Below, piece by piece: positions 9,265 to 19,340 of a stretch of 64,000 bases of DNA (the first letter of the stretch is position 1; each line of letters begins with the position of its first letter). Made by a program: the position numbers and the translations under genes. The DNA is taken from assembly GCA_963845535.1 (NCBI GenBank), contig CAWJSK010000012.1, positions 384,001 to 448,000 on the forward strand, given 5' to 3'. The notes beneath the pieces were generated by a model, which saw only the letters and a program-made list of their open reading frames with translations, did no database searches and had not been told where the DNA came from. This DNA is from an uncultured Spirochaetota bacterium. Its GTDB lineage: Bacteria; Spirochaetota; Spirochaetia; SZUA-6; Fen-1364.

Positions 9265-10242
9265 ATGAGAATTGCCGTAACGGGCGCCACAGGATTCATT
9301 GGAAGCCACCTTGTCGAAGCGCTCGTTCGCGACGGGCACGAAGTGACGTGCCTTGCCCGAGACCCGGAAAGAACGCGCTCTCTCTCCAGCCTTCCCGTCC
9401 GATTCGTGTACGGGAGCATGGATTCATCCTCCGCTCTTGCCAGCCTCGTAGACGGCCAGGAGGCCGTGGTCCACGCGGCTGGCCTGACCAAAGCGCGCAG
9501 CCCTGAGGAATACATCCGCGTCAACGTTGGCGGAACGGAAAACCTTCTCTCGGTCATCCGAGGCAAAGCGGGACGGCTTCGCCATTTCGTCTTCTTCAGC
9601 AGCGCGGAGGCAATGGGGCCGAGCACCCCCGGGCAACCCATAACGGAAGACGCCTGCCTTCGTCCATTCTCCGCCTACGGCAAGAGCAAGATCATGGCGG
9701 AGCAAAGTCTCGCCGGCCTGGAACGCCAGATGCCGGTGACCATTGTGCGCCCTCCCGTGGTCTACGGTCCGCGGGACAAGGACCTGGGCATTCTGTTCCG
9801 TCTCGTGGCCCGCGGTTTTCTTCCCGTTGTCAGCCCGTCCCCTGCTTTCAGCGTTGTCTATGTAAAGAACCTCGTTACCGGAATCTGCAGGGCAATAGAC
9901 CGCGCGCACGAATCGGGGACCCGCAGCTACTTCTTCACCGACGGCCCGGAAACCTCGTGGAGCGATTTCGGGGGGATGATTGCGCGCGCCTTCGGGAACA
10001 AGCCGTTCACGTTGAGGGTGCCCCAACTTATCGTGCTCGCAATTGCAATGTTTGCGGGGATACTGAGTGCGCTCGGCGCCAAGACGACCATCCTGAGCCA
10101 GGACAAGATCCGCGAAATGTGCGGCTCCTGGGTCGTCTCAGATGAACGGGCCCGCCGGGAGCTGGATTACCAGCCGGCGTTCAGCACGGAACAGGGCGTC
10201 ACGGAGACCGCGGCGTGGTACCGGAGCCAGGGCTGGTTCTGA
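9265..10242 (+). CDS. NAD-dependent epimerase/dehydratase (extended SDR)
   Basis: TGATGFIG, YGKSK, RPPVVYGP. Confidence 0.9.
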   Translation: MRIAVTGATGFIGSHLVEALVRDGHEVTCLARDPERTRSLSSLPVRFVYGSMDSSSALASLVDGQEAVVHAAGLTKARSPEEYIRVNVGGTENLLSVIRGKAGRLRHFVFFSSAEAMGPSTPGQPITEDACLRPFSAYGKSKIMAEQSLAGLERQMPVTIVRPPVVYGPRDKDLGILFRLVARGFLPVVSPSPAFSVVYVKNLVTGICRAIDRAHESGTRSYFFTDGPETSWSDFGGMIARAFGNKPFTLRVPQLIVLAIAMFAGILSALGAKTTILSQDKIREMCGSWVVSDERARRELDYQPAFSTEQGVTETAAWYRSQGWF

Positions 10243-10274
10243 GAACGCGGCACATCAAAGGCATTACCGAACCT

Positions 10275-10934
10275 TCAATTCAGTCTTACGCAGGCGCCAT
10301 GCCCTGGGGCAATCAGAGAGACAGGCAATCCCGATAATGTGCTCTTGATCCTGTCAAGTTCGGCTGGAGATGGAATTTTCTCCGCGGTAATGCTTTGGAT
10401 CTGCTTTTTCAAATCGGAAGCAATAGATTCATTTCCCACTTTCCCGAATTGCAGAAATAAATCACTGCTAAAGAGCACCGATCTGGTTCTTTCGAAGAGC
10501 AACAATCCTTCCCAGAGATGCATCTCGGAAGGATATGAGATGAACTCAAGTTGATAGTCCCGTGTTTGAAGAATTGAACCAGGGGCTTGAACCACCGCGC
10601 TATTCGTAATGCCGAAGCCGCTCAGTTGTCTGGCCGTAACCGCGGAACAAATGGGTTTCATCCCAGGGTACTGTTCCAGGAACAAGCCCAGCCCGCCGCA
10701 CTCATCACTTTCAAAATGTGAAATAAACACATACGCAAGTTTCTCATCGTCAAGAACTTGCTTCAGTTGCGGCAATAAGACCTCGGCATCCTTGCGGGTA
10801 CCCGTGTGCACCAGCAATGGCTCCGAACCCAACACCAGGAATTGATTGAATGACAGATTGATCGGTTCAAAGTAGCTATTGAATTGAAGCAGGTCAGCAC
10901 GTACCTGTATTGTTGTCATCTGCGGAGCCCCCAA
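10275..10934 (-). CDS. Metallo-beta-lactamase-fold protein (FprA/ODP-like di-iron domain)
   Basis: SHFESDECG, H-W, FSSDLF, APGHG. Confidence 0.8.
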   Translation of the reverse strand: MGAPQMTTIQVRADLLQFNSYFEPINLSFNQFLVLGSEPLLVHTGTRKDAEVLLPQLKQVLDDEKLAYVFISHFESDECGGLGLFLEQYPGMKPICSAVTARQLSGFGITNSAVVQAPGSILQTRDYQLEFISYPSEMHLWEGLLLFERTRSVLFSSDLFLQFGKVGNESIASDLKKQIQSITAEKIPSPAELDRIKSTLSGLPVSLIAPGHGACVRLN

Positions 10935-10988
10935 AGAAAGTGAATCGAACCAGGCTGGTAGTATATCGCAGTCAGTGGAGAAGCTCCA

Positions 10989-11663
10989 TCAATGCCCGCG
11001 AGCAACGGGGCGGAAGACTTTGAAGATGCCTTCGGTTACCGCCGTCACCTCACGATCAACAACTTTCAGAGCTGACGTGTCGTCAAGCGCATACACCGTT
11101 TCAGTCATGCCTTTGGTGCTTTCCTCTATTGCGCTTTCTTTCACGCTGGGGAAATAGGGGTTATTGAAATGCGGCAGGAAGTAGAAGTCCACATATCCGA
11201 GTCCTTCCATGTCGTCCGTTCTGCCAAGGTCATCTTTATAGAGAAGGTGAGAGAACTTGAGGGCCAGTCTTTGGCCGGCTACCATACTCCCGGCGCTCAT
11301 TCCGACATACACTCTGTCTTTGAGAAGGTCGGGCAACACCTCGGTCAGCCCGGATCTGGTCATCCACTGCATAAGGTGGTAGCGCTTGCCGCCGCTAAAG
11401 TACAAGACATCCGCTTGCTCCATCTTGGACAGCCACAACGTCCGGTCGAGTGCCGAAATGTCAACAATATCAATTGCCTTGAAGTTCAGCTTCTTGAGAT
11501 TCACCAGGTCATCGATCAACCAACCCTTGTCGCCCAGCTCGACGTTTGCCGCGGTCGGCACAAAAGCCAAGGTCGTGGCTTCAGGCTTCTTTCCCACGAG
11601 ATCGAAAAGCGCCCGTGCGATAGAACCGTTCGTTACGCCACATGAGGTCAGGAGAAGTCTCAT
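10989..11663 (-). CDS. Peptidase S51 (peptidase E-like)
   Basis: LLLTS.G, FVPTA, SGG, VGMSAGS nucleophile elbow, LPH. Confidence 0.85.
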   Translation of the reverse strand: MRLLLTSCGVTNGSIARALFDLVGKKPEATTLAFVPTAANVELGDKGWLIDDLVNLKKLNFKAIDIVDISALDRTLWLSKMEQADVLYFSGGKRYHLMQWMTRSGLTEVLPDLLKDRVYVGMSAGSMVAGQRLALKFSHLLYKDDLGRTDDMEGLGYVDFYFLPHFNNPYFPSVKESAIEESTKGMTETVYALDDTSALKVVDREVTAVTEGIFKVFRPVARGH

Positions 11664-11961
11664 ACGCTAACATAGGTACTGGGGACGTCAGGGGCAAATC
11701 ACGCGAAGGCACTGGGGCTTCTCCTGCTCTATTCTGCCGAGGAATCATCAGGCCTCATGAGCGCTCTTTTTGTACGTGGCCGCTTTTGAGCAGCACGAAA
11801 ACCGACGTGGTGCCTCTTCAGAGCCTGCCTTCGAATGCGAAGCTCTCAAAGAGAGGATCAGCAACAAAGAGCGCGCCATGCAGGCGGTCATTTTCGAAAA
11901 CGAAGCGCAGCTCTCCTCCGAGATCGCGTCGTGCACGTTTTATCCACAGCCGGCTTTTCCT

Positions 11962-13260
11962 TCATTCCTTCAAAGCTTTCACTTCTCTTACGTTGGAAAT
12001 CCACACGCCTACCGAAAACATGATTATCGCGACGCTGGCAAACAATATCGTCATAGCTACCCTTTGCGCCATGAAACCTGCCATGAAAAACCCCAAAGGC
12101 ATCATGGCCGTTCGCAGCGATGACTGAATCCCCCAGAATCTGCCGCGATATTCATCCACGGTATGTCTTTGAAACAGCACATTGAGCGGCACGAATATGA
12201 ACGGCATTGCGAATCCCAGTATCAAACCACCTGCGCTGAACCAGGCAGTTATCCCCCAGTTGGTAAGGAAAGGCCGGACCTGTGGCAGTAACACGGGAGC
12301 GATCAGCAAAGTGCAAGAGCTGTAGATCAACAGGGCATAGAAGATTGAGGTTCTGAATCTGATCCGCTTCAAAAGGAGCGGTGCAAGCAAGTTGCTGACT
12401 ACTATCGCGACCCATCCCGAGGCTTGGGAAAGAGCCAGCTGAAAAGGCTCCGCCTTCAGGATGACATTAAACGTGTACGGGAACAACACTATTACGACCG
12501 GGAAAACGAACAGGTTGAACAGAGCGTTAAAAATCGTGAGATTCAGGATCAATTTGCTCTTTGCAACATATTGGAGGCCTTCTTTCAATTCCTCCATGGT
12601 TTTCCTTATCGAGGCGAGGAAAGACGAGGTTTTTCTCCTGACCGCTCTGGTCGCGTTCGTCAAACTGACGCCCGCTTCCAGAGCTCCGGAGATGAAATAG
12701 GAAAGGGCGTTGATGACAAAGATTGCAAAAACCCCGACAAGGTTGTAGAGCATTCCGCTGACCAATAGTCCGCCTGCGGTACAGAAGCTCCCAACGAAAT
12801 TGTCGAGTGAGACGGCCTCAGTCAGTCGATTGTCTTTCACAACGTTGGGAATGATCGCCCCTGCCGCCGGCGAAAATACCGATCCGCAGAAGCCCAGGAA
12901 AACAGCGCTGACGTAGAGCATCCAGATCTGCAGGAGATGGCTGTACAACAAGCAGGCCGCCAGCAGGACCACGATGCCCCGGACGACGTCCATCCATACC
13001 AGAATCCTTTTCCTGTTCAGCCGATCAGCGATAATTCCCCCGAACGGGGATATGATGGTAACAACCAGTGTGTCGATTACCAGAAAAGTCGCCATCTGCA
13101 AACTTGATTTTGTAAGGTCAAGAATGTACCAGCCCAGGGCGAACGCATACACCTGGTCACCCAGTTGGGAGATGATTTTTCCAAAAAAGAGGAGCATAAA
13201 ATTCCGGCTTCGTAAGACGCTTGCCGGTTTATTTGGACGTACTTTCATTTTCGATGACAC
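11962..13260 (-). CDS. MFS transporter (macrolide-efflux/DHA3-like)
   Basis: About 12 hydrophobic segments, GIIADRLNRKRI motif A, YRGR. Confidence 0.9.
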   Translation of the reverse strand: MSSKMKVRPNKPASVLRSRNFMLLFFGKIISQLGDQVYAFALGWYILDLTKSSLQMATFLVIDTLVVTIISPFGGIIADRLNRKRILVWMDVVRGIVVLLAACLLYSHLLQIWMLYVSAVFLGFCGSVFSPAAGAIIPNVVKDNRLTEAVSLDNFVGSFCTAGGLLVSGMLYNLVGVFAIFVINALSYFISGALEAGVSLTNATRAVRRKTSSFLASIRKTMEELKEGLQYVAKSKLILNLTIFNALFNLFVFPVVIVLFPYTFNVILKAEPFQLALSQASGWVAIVVSNLLAPLLLKRIRFRTSIFYALLIYSSCTLLIAPVLLPQVRPFLTNWGITAWFSAGGLILGFAMPFIFVPLNVLFQRHTVDEYRGRFWGIQSSLRTAMMPLGFFMAGFMAQRVAMTILFASVAIIMFSVGVWISNVREVKALKE

Positions 13261-13595
13261 CGTTCTTCCTTATTGGGCGAGCTAGGCAAATTATAGGCCA
13301 GGAAGGATGAATTGGGTAGCATCAACAATCTTGCCCTCAGGGAAATATCCCCCTATCTTCCTTGCAGAACGAGAGTGCTCGACTTTCTGATACAGGGGGC
13401 GTCTATATAGATCCCGCGGCCTTTTCCCACGACCTCGCCGCCAATGAACCTCAAGGTCATGGGGGGTAAGGACGCCCTTTTACAAGAGGTTTAGCATGCT
13501 TGTTACCGCTGCAATTGCCCCGGCGATAAGGACAAGCGAGAGTACGATCCACCTGACCAATTGATAATAAGGCATCTCTGGGAGGGGATGCTTGG

Positions 13596-13976
13596 CTGGG
13601 ACTGTATGGGATGTTTTTCGTGGACAATATCGGGCAGGAGGAAGTGTGTGTTTTTCTACGCGAGGTGCTTCGTCGCTTGCGTGGTGCGGTGGTTGTCCTG
13701 ATAGACAACAGTAACATCCATTTAGGGGGTCCCTTGCAGCGCTTGTGTCAGCAATTTCCCCGACTTCATCTTCGGTATTTCCCGCCCTACGCACCTGAGC
13801 TCAACCCTGATGAAGGGGTATGGGGCTTTCTAAAGGGAAGACTCGCCAATGGGCGCCCTGATGATATCGGTGAACTTCAGAGGCTGTTGGGGAATGAGTT
13901 CAGAGGGCTTGCCCTCTCGCAGCAGAAGCTGCGCGGATGCATTCAGCAATCGGAGTTGCCTCTCTTTTTGCCGTAG
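13596..13976 (+). mobile_element. IS630-family transposase, C-terminal DDE fragment
   Basis: VLIDNSNIH and FPPYAPELNPDEGVWG; N-terminus absent. Confidence 0.85.
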
Positions 13977-14027
13977 CTGTTGCATTATGCAGGCCGCCGC
14001 CTGCTTGGGCGACGGCCAGTGTCTTCT

Positions 14028-15467
14028 CTACGAGGAAGCCTTGGAGAGGGCGTTGCGGGCTCTGATCAGTGACATCGCTGCCGCTGCCCCGACGACAAGG
14101 AAGATTGCGCAAGCAATGAAGCTGTGTTGAGTTCCAACGAGGTCCACAGCGATCCGTGAGCCCGCGCTACGGGCCGCGGATGTCTTCGTTGCACTTTCCA
14201 CGATAGTCATGATGGCCAGGCCGATTGCGCCGCCGATTTGTTGAGATGTGGAAAGCAGGCCGGAGGCGGCGCCCCGATGCGCCGGCGGGACTCCAGCGAC
14301 TCCGACCTTGAAGAGGACTGGAAGGGCTATGCCGAAAAGCCCGACAAAGACAGACCCGCTCAAGAAGAGCACTAGGAAGCCCGCCTCGGTACCCATCCGG
14401 CTATACAGGATGAACCCCGCTGACATTGCGATGCTTCCCGCTACTACGAGGAAACGCGCCGGCAATTTCTCTGTCAGGCGGGACGACAGGTTCGTGGCGA
14501 CAACGAAGATGAGCGAGGTCGGTAGAAACGCAAGCCCGCTTGCCTCGGGGCTGAGAGAGAGGCTTCGCTGAAGGAAGAAACTCAAGCTGAATAGGCTCGC
14601 CATGAGCCCGGCGTGTCCGAACAGCATGACCAGGTTCGCGCCCACGAGCGAGGGGTCACGGAATATGGTCAGCCGCAGGACCGGGTCCGTGCTCCTCCGC
14701 TCGATGGTGACGAACGCACCAAGCAATGTCACGGTAAGAATGGCCGGAAGCACTGACAAGGCAGATAGCCATCCCATCGTGTTTCCCTCGCTCAACACCC
14801 ACACCAGCGCGATCAGCCCAATCGTGGCCGTCGTTGAGCCAAGCACGTCGAGCTTTCGACGCTCGACGGTCACGGGGTCCCGGCCAATGAGCGTGGGCGC
14901 AAGACCGCAGCACAAGAGACCCAGTGGAACGTTTACGAACATGATCCAGCGCCAGCCGGGCCCTGCGACGAGCAGCCCGCCGAGGAGCGCGCCGACCGGA
15001 AAGGCTACTCCCGAAAGCGCGGACCAGATGCCGATCATCCGGTTGCCCTGCCGGGCGTCCTGAAAGAGCGTGGTCACCGTGGCAAAAGCGGTCGGAGATA
15101 TCAGGGCAGCCCCCAGCCCTTGCAGGGCCCGGGCTGCGATGAGCCACTGTATCGTCGGCGCAAGGCCTCCCAGGAGCGACGCCAGCGAGAATGTTGCAAA
15201 GCCGATGATCAGGATTCGTCGCTTGCCAAAGACATCTCCCGCCTTTCCGCCCAGGAGGAGGAAACCGCCAAAGCTCAAGGCGTAGATGCTCAAGGCCCAC
15301 TGAGTCGTCGACGCTGTGACCCCGAAGCTCGACTGGACGGCCGGCAGGGCCAGAACGACAATCATCAGGTCGAGCATGACCATGAAGCGCCCCCCGCATA
15401 AAAGCAGGAAGGCTGGCCACTTTCGAGATGCCCAAGAAATCCGGGGGTTCGATATTGCAGCGCTCAT
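14028..15467 (-). CDS. DHA2-type MFS drug efflux transporter
   Basis: Likely start MSAAISNPR. MVMLD...VLALP, GGKAGDVFGKRR, ARALQGLG, WRWIMFVNVP. Confidence 0.9.
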   Translation of the reverse strand: MSAAISNPRISWASRKWPAFLLLCGGRFMVMLDLMIVVLALPAVQSSFGVTASTTQWALSIYALSFGGFLLLGGKAGDVFGKRRILIIGFATFSLASLLGGLAPTIQWLIAARALQGLGAALISPTAFATVTTLFQDARQGNRMIGIWSALSGVAFPVGALLGGLLVAGPGWRWIMFVNVPLGLLCCGLAPTLIGRDPVTVERRKLDVLGSTTATIGLIALVWVLSEGNTMGWLSALSVLPAILTVTLLGAFVTIERRSTDPVLRLTIFRDPSLVGANLVMLFGHAGLMASLFSLSFFLQRSLSLSPEASGLAFLPTSLIFVVATNLSSRLTEKLPARFLVVAGSIAMSAGFILYSRMGTEAGFLVLFLSGSVFVGLFGIALPVLFKVGVAGVPPAHRGAASGLLSTSQQIGGAIGLAIMTIVESATKTSAARSAGSRIAVDLVGTQHSFIACAIFLVVGAAAAMSLIRARNALSKASS

Positions 15468-16366
15468 GAGCGGCCTCCTATCCTCACGCTGGCATCCTGG
15501 ATGACGTAGGGCGCAAAGAGATAGTCCCGGATGAACGACACCCGCCCTTCCCTGCACTCTAGAAGAATGAAGAAGCTGGGCCGGTCGGATTCTTTCTGCG
15601 TGTCGTAGGCCAGAATGGCCGCGCGATTCTCCACGATGCCGGTCTCGAATCTCCAGTGCCCCACCTCGGCGTATCGGGTGAAGTACTGGCCCACCTCGGC
15701 TCCACGGCGTTGTGCCCGTCCCACAAGGTCGAGACGCACGTCTTCGGCCAGCATGGCGCGGATCGCATCGAAGTTGCCTGAGTTGAAATGATCCACGTAG
15801 CGCGAGATGAGCTCGAGGTCGTCGGTGTTCGTCGCTTCCTGATGGTCGTCCTGGACCAAGGCGGACAGCTCCCGCAACCGGGCTCGGCCGCGGTGCAGGG
15901 CGGCCTTGACCTCTGAAACGCTGCCGTCGAGGAACTCCGAGATCTCCGCCAGCGAATAGTCCATCACGTCTTTCAGCACGACGCAACTCCTCTGCTTCGG
16001 CGTAAGCTTCATGAAGACCGAGAGGGCGAGCTTCAGCACCTCCTTCTTCTCAAACGGAACGTCCGGCTCGTCAACTACCGGGAACTCTTCCGCATAATCC
16101 ACGGACTGCCTCCCCTCTCTTCGCAGGAAGTCGATTGCCTTGTTGTGAGCTATCCTCATGAGCCATCCCTGCATGTTCGACACGGTCATCGTTGGAAGCG
16201 CATAGAAAGCTTTCGCGAGTGCTTCTTGAACGACATCCTCAGCGTCGATGGCTGAGCCCACGATCCTGACGCAGTATCGGTGGAGATCGGGTCGGATCTC
16301 CTTCACAACGTCTTCGAACTCGCTCCTGGTCTGAGCGAGCGAAGAAAGAAAACCCTGGGTTGTCAA
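15464..16366 (-). CDS. ECF sigma-70 factor with SnoaL-like C-terminal extension
   Basis: Region 2 DAEDVVQE...WLMRIAHN, region 4 EISEFLDGS...VKAALHRGR, SnoaL-like tail. AAGGAGGAG RBS before the TTG start. Confidence 0.9.
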   Translation of the reverse strand: MTTQGFLSSLAQTRSEFEDVVKEIRPDLHRYCVRIVGSAIDAEDVVQEALAKAFYALPTMTVSNMQGWLMRIAHNKAIDFLRREGRQSVDYAEEFPVVDEPDVPFEKKEVLKLALSVFMKLTPKQRSCVVLKDVMDYSLAEISEFLDGSVSEVKAALHRGRARLRELSALVQDDHQEATNTDDLELISRYVDHFNSGNFDAIRAMLAEDVRLDLVGRAQRRGAEVGQYFTRYAEVGHWRFETGIVENRAAILAYDTQKESDRPSFFILLECREGRVSFIRDYLFAPYVIQDASVRIGGRS

Positions 16367-16689
16367 ATCAGCTCCTCCTTGAGCCTCCCCGACCGGGGAT
16401 ATGCTTCTTGTATGGATGACGCTGCGACGAGGGGAAAGGATTCGGTCTCGCGGGAAAAAAGTTCGGGCTTGCTATCGGACTGCCTGTATTAGTCATAATG
16501 AAGTGACCGGCCGCTTTGAGGCGTCGCATTTCTTCCTCAGTCTGCTGAAACAAATCGCGTCTACTCCTCCGCAATTGCAGCAGGATTCATGTCCTCGCGG
16601 CTTCATAAGACCTGGGCCTCGAAAGGCAATCTTGAATATCCTTTGACTCTTCATTTCTTTCTCAGTAATTAGAGCTTGTCGGGTTATTC

Positions 16690-17073
16690 CTAGTCCCGAT
16701 CGGCACGGCGGCGCCTGATCGGCGGCTTCCGGGTCGGTGACGGCAGTTCTGTCAGCAGCGGCTCGGTAGCTTGCATCGATATTTGCTCCATCTCGGCGAG
16801 GATGCGGTCGAGTTCCTTGCCGGTGTCGATCCATTTTTTCAGTAATTTGGCCTGTTCAGCAGAGAGACGGACAGTGACGGTCTTGCCATCTACCTTTCGA
16901 GTCCACTGATAGTATGGGCCGTGGAGACGAGGCGGTGAGGCCTTGCAAGCGCACACGGGCTTGCCGCAGGTCATCAGGCGCTTGAGTAGAGTGCCGCGGC
17001 GGAAGTAGCCGATGCGGCTGAGGGCAAGTTGAAGTTGGCGATACTCTGGGGCAAGGTCAGCATTCATAGTCAT
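16690..17073 (-). CDS. DUF6788-like small Cys/His protein inside the IS
   Basis: RRGTL...CGKPVCAC...HGPYYQWTRKVDGKTVTVRL; start codon uncertain (17064-17097). Confidence 0.75.
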   Translation of the reverse strand: MTMNADLAPEYRQLQLALSRIGYFRRGTLLKRLMTCGKPVCACKASPPRLHGPYYQWTRKVDGKTVTVRLSAEQAKLLKKWIDTGKELDRILAEMEQISMQATEPLLTELPSPTRKPPIRRRRADRD

Positions 17074-17083
17074 GGGATCCATC

Positions 17084-17134
17084 TTGACAGAAATCACTCC
17101 TCAGTTATAATACTGGGGAAATGTCTTCCGTCAA
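17084..17134. promoter_or_regulatory. Bidirectional sigma70 promoter inside the IS
   Basis: Plus strand TTGACA(17084)-N16-TATAAT(17106). Minus strand TTGACG(17134)-N16-TATTAT, with overlapping -10 boxes. Confidence 0.7.
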
Positions 17135-17280
17135 TATCTCTTCTCCCTTCCCGCACAGAATCCTCCCTTCGATACTCTCTTTCACTCTCATGTTTCTCAG
17201 CGGCCTTACCGCGATGAACTCAACCCCCTCATCTTCCGCCTGCCGCCTCTCGGCGCTCATCACCCAGGAGGTGCCTTCCC

Positions 17281-18630
17281 ATGCCCTATCAACCCGATCT
17301 ATTGCCGAGGTCCAAGAGCCCGAAGATCCCCATTTCGGACAATCATCCGCTGATCCAACTCACAGACGCTCTCGATTGGGACCAGATGCAGGACCTTGCC
17401 CAGCAGATCCGCCTCTCGAAACTGAAGAACGCTGCCGGCAAACCACCTCATCTGCGCGCTACCCTCGGGGCCATGGCGTTCATGGCCGTGCGCAAGCTCA
17501 CCTATCGGGACGCGGAAGACCAGATCCAGTACTACGCGCCTGCGCGCTATCTGTGCGGGCTCACCGAGACGGAGTGGACGCCCGATTTCACCACGATCCA
17601 GGATTTCACCCAGTTAATGGGCGAAGAGGGAGTGCGACTGATCAATCAATACGTAGTGAAGTTGGCCGTACAAATGAAGTTGGCCGACCCCCACATCCTG
17701 GTTGGCGACACCACGGCGCAGGAAGCGGCGATTCCTCACCCCAACGAAATGGGACTGATGGCGGGCTTCCTGCGCTCAGTGACAGCGGCGGCTCAGAAAG
17801 TCGGAGGGACACTGAAGGAGTTCGTGCATCGAACAGCTGCCCAGTTCGACGCGGCCAGACAGAAGGCGCGCGAGTATCGACTCTTTGCCAAGAGCAAGGA
17901 AGCCAAGGATCGAGTGATGGGACAAATGGTCAGCCTCGTGGAAAAGATAAACAAGGGTCTGGGGGCGGCACTAGAGGGGGCCGCCGCGAAGCCGAGGAAA
18001 CTGCACGGGCGGGCGATCGTTGGTGGAGGAAAGCTTCAGCAGTTGCACCAGACGATGAGCAGGCTGTTGCCCCAGATTCGTCACTGGATGCGCACGGGCT
18101 TCGTGGCCAGTGGCAAAATCATCAGTCTGCATATCCCGCGGCTGTACTCGATCGTCCGCGGCAAAGTCGGCAAGACAGTGGAGTTCGGCTTGAACTGGGG
18201 AATCACCCGGCTGGGCGGCGGATATCTGTTGGCAACACTGGCTTCCGACCGACAAGAGCTGCTGGACGCGAAGTTTGTGGTGCGCGCGGTCAAGGATCAT
18301 ATCGCGCTTTTTGGACAGGCGCCGCAGGCATTTGCCTACGACCGCGGTGGGTACAGCACTCAGAATGTTGCCAGCCTACGCCAATTGGGGGTCAAGGAGG
18401 TGGGACTGGCTCCCCGGGGACGGGCACGCTGGGCAGTGAACGAATCAACCCGACGGCGGTTGATGAAAGAAAGAGCGATGGTGGAGGCAGGGATCGGCAC
18501 CATCAAAAGTTCCCGCTATGGATTCAACCGCCCGGCGGCCCGTTCGGTGGAGATGATGGGCGCCTGCGGGCAGCGCGCGGTGTTGGGGTTCAACGTCAAC
18601 AAGCTGGTCCGAGAACTTGGGAGGCAGTAG
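17281..18630 (+). CDS. DDE transposase, IS5-like
   Basis: PDFTTI, GDTT.QEA.I.HP, RGKVGKTVEFG, YDRG, ERAMVEAGIGTIK. GGAGG RBS. Confidence 0.85.
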   Translation: MPYQPDLLPRSKSPKIPISDNHPLIQLTDALDWDQMQDLAQQIRLSKLKNAAGKPPHLRATLGAMAFMAVRKLTYRDAEDQIQYYAPARYLCGLTETEWTPDFTTIQDFTQLMGEEGVRLINQYVVKLAVQMKLADPHILVGDTTAQEAAIPHPNEMGLMAGFLRSVTAAAQKVGGTLKEFVHRTAAQFDAARQKAREYRLFAKSKEAKDRVMGQMVSLVEKINKGLGAALEGAAAKPRKLHGRAIVGGGKLQQLHQTMSRLLPQIRHWMRTGFVASGKIISLHIPRLYSIVRGKVGKTVEFGLNWGITRLGGGYLLATLASDRQELLDAKFVVRAVKDHIALFGQAPQAFAYDRGGYSTQNVASLRQLGVKEVGLAPRGRARWAVNESTRRRLMKERAMVEAGIGTIKSSRYGFNRPAARSVEMMGACGQRAVLGFNVNKLVRELGRQ

Positions 18631-18844
18631 GCGACCTTGCAGAAAGGCCGAGAACGGAGCGATCAAGCGATCGACTACCCATCAGCTCGGAAGGCAAGGC
18701 AACGAAGGAAGTAAGTGAGCTCCGGAATGCCAAAGCACAGATCGAGAGTGGGGAGGAACGGAATGACAAGCAACCGAGCGGGTCGCCGCCAACCTATCCT
18801 ACCCCACCCAAATCAGCCTCTGAATTACCCGACAAGCTCTAACT

Positions 18845-19276
18845 ATGAACAAAATGAAGCCACTTGACTTGAGAGTGAAGAAGCTTCTTCCGTTGACCCT
18901 GTTGGCCTTCTGCGCGGCATTTCTTCTCTCTGGCTGCGATTTGGCCGCGCTCTTGGCGAACGACACGATCACAGTCACCGCTTATGTCTTACAGTCGGAC
19001 CACACAGCAACGACCGATCCAGCCTCTTACGTCATAGTAACGCTCAACGGCGACTCCGCCGAAACGCAGACCGGGTACTATAGCGGCATAAACGGCCTAT
19101 ACGCCGTATACTTCATTCCTGAGTTCAAAAAACTAAAGGATGGAAGCTATACGATAACCGCCGATTACTGGGGCAAAGCTATCGTCGGCTTTCTAGGCTA
19201 CGCAGAGGTGTCAACAAGTATTGACCTGCCCTCCAATGGCTCCAGCGACGCGTTAGTCAGTCTCACTTTTCCTTGA
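18845..19276 (+). CDS. Hypothetical lipoprotein
   Basis: Basic N-terminus, hydrophobic stretch, lipobox LSGC. Confidence 0.6.
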   Translation: MNKMKPLDLRVKKLLPLTLLAFCAAFLLSGCDLAALLANDTITVTAYVLQSDHTATTDPASYVIVTLNGDSAETQTGYYSGINGLYAVYFIPEFKKLKDGSYTITADYWGKAIVGFLGYAEVSTSIDLPSNGSSDALVSLTFP

Positions 19277-19340
19277 TCTTGATGATGAACGTGAGCGGGG
19301 CGCCTTTTCGAGAGGTCATGGCGCCGCCACAACCGGGCTC

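Larger units (their letters stand above)
16672..18839 (+). mobile_element. Apparently complete insertion sequence (IS5-like) carrying a DUF6788-like gene and a transposase
   Basis: Terminal inverted repeats GAGCTTGTCGGGTTATTC (16672-16689) and GAATTACCCGACAAGCTC (18822-18839), one mismatch. TA on both flanks. Confidence 0.85.

Noticed and set aside
16368..16654. Short minus-strand ORFs next to the IS
   Set aside because: May be a decayed gene remnant, but I cannot assign a family with support.
17121..18842. 573-aa ORF overlapping the transposase
   Set aside because: Alternate-frame, Arg/Gly-rich translation with no motifs; typical shadow ORF in GC-rich DNA.
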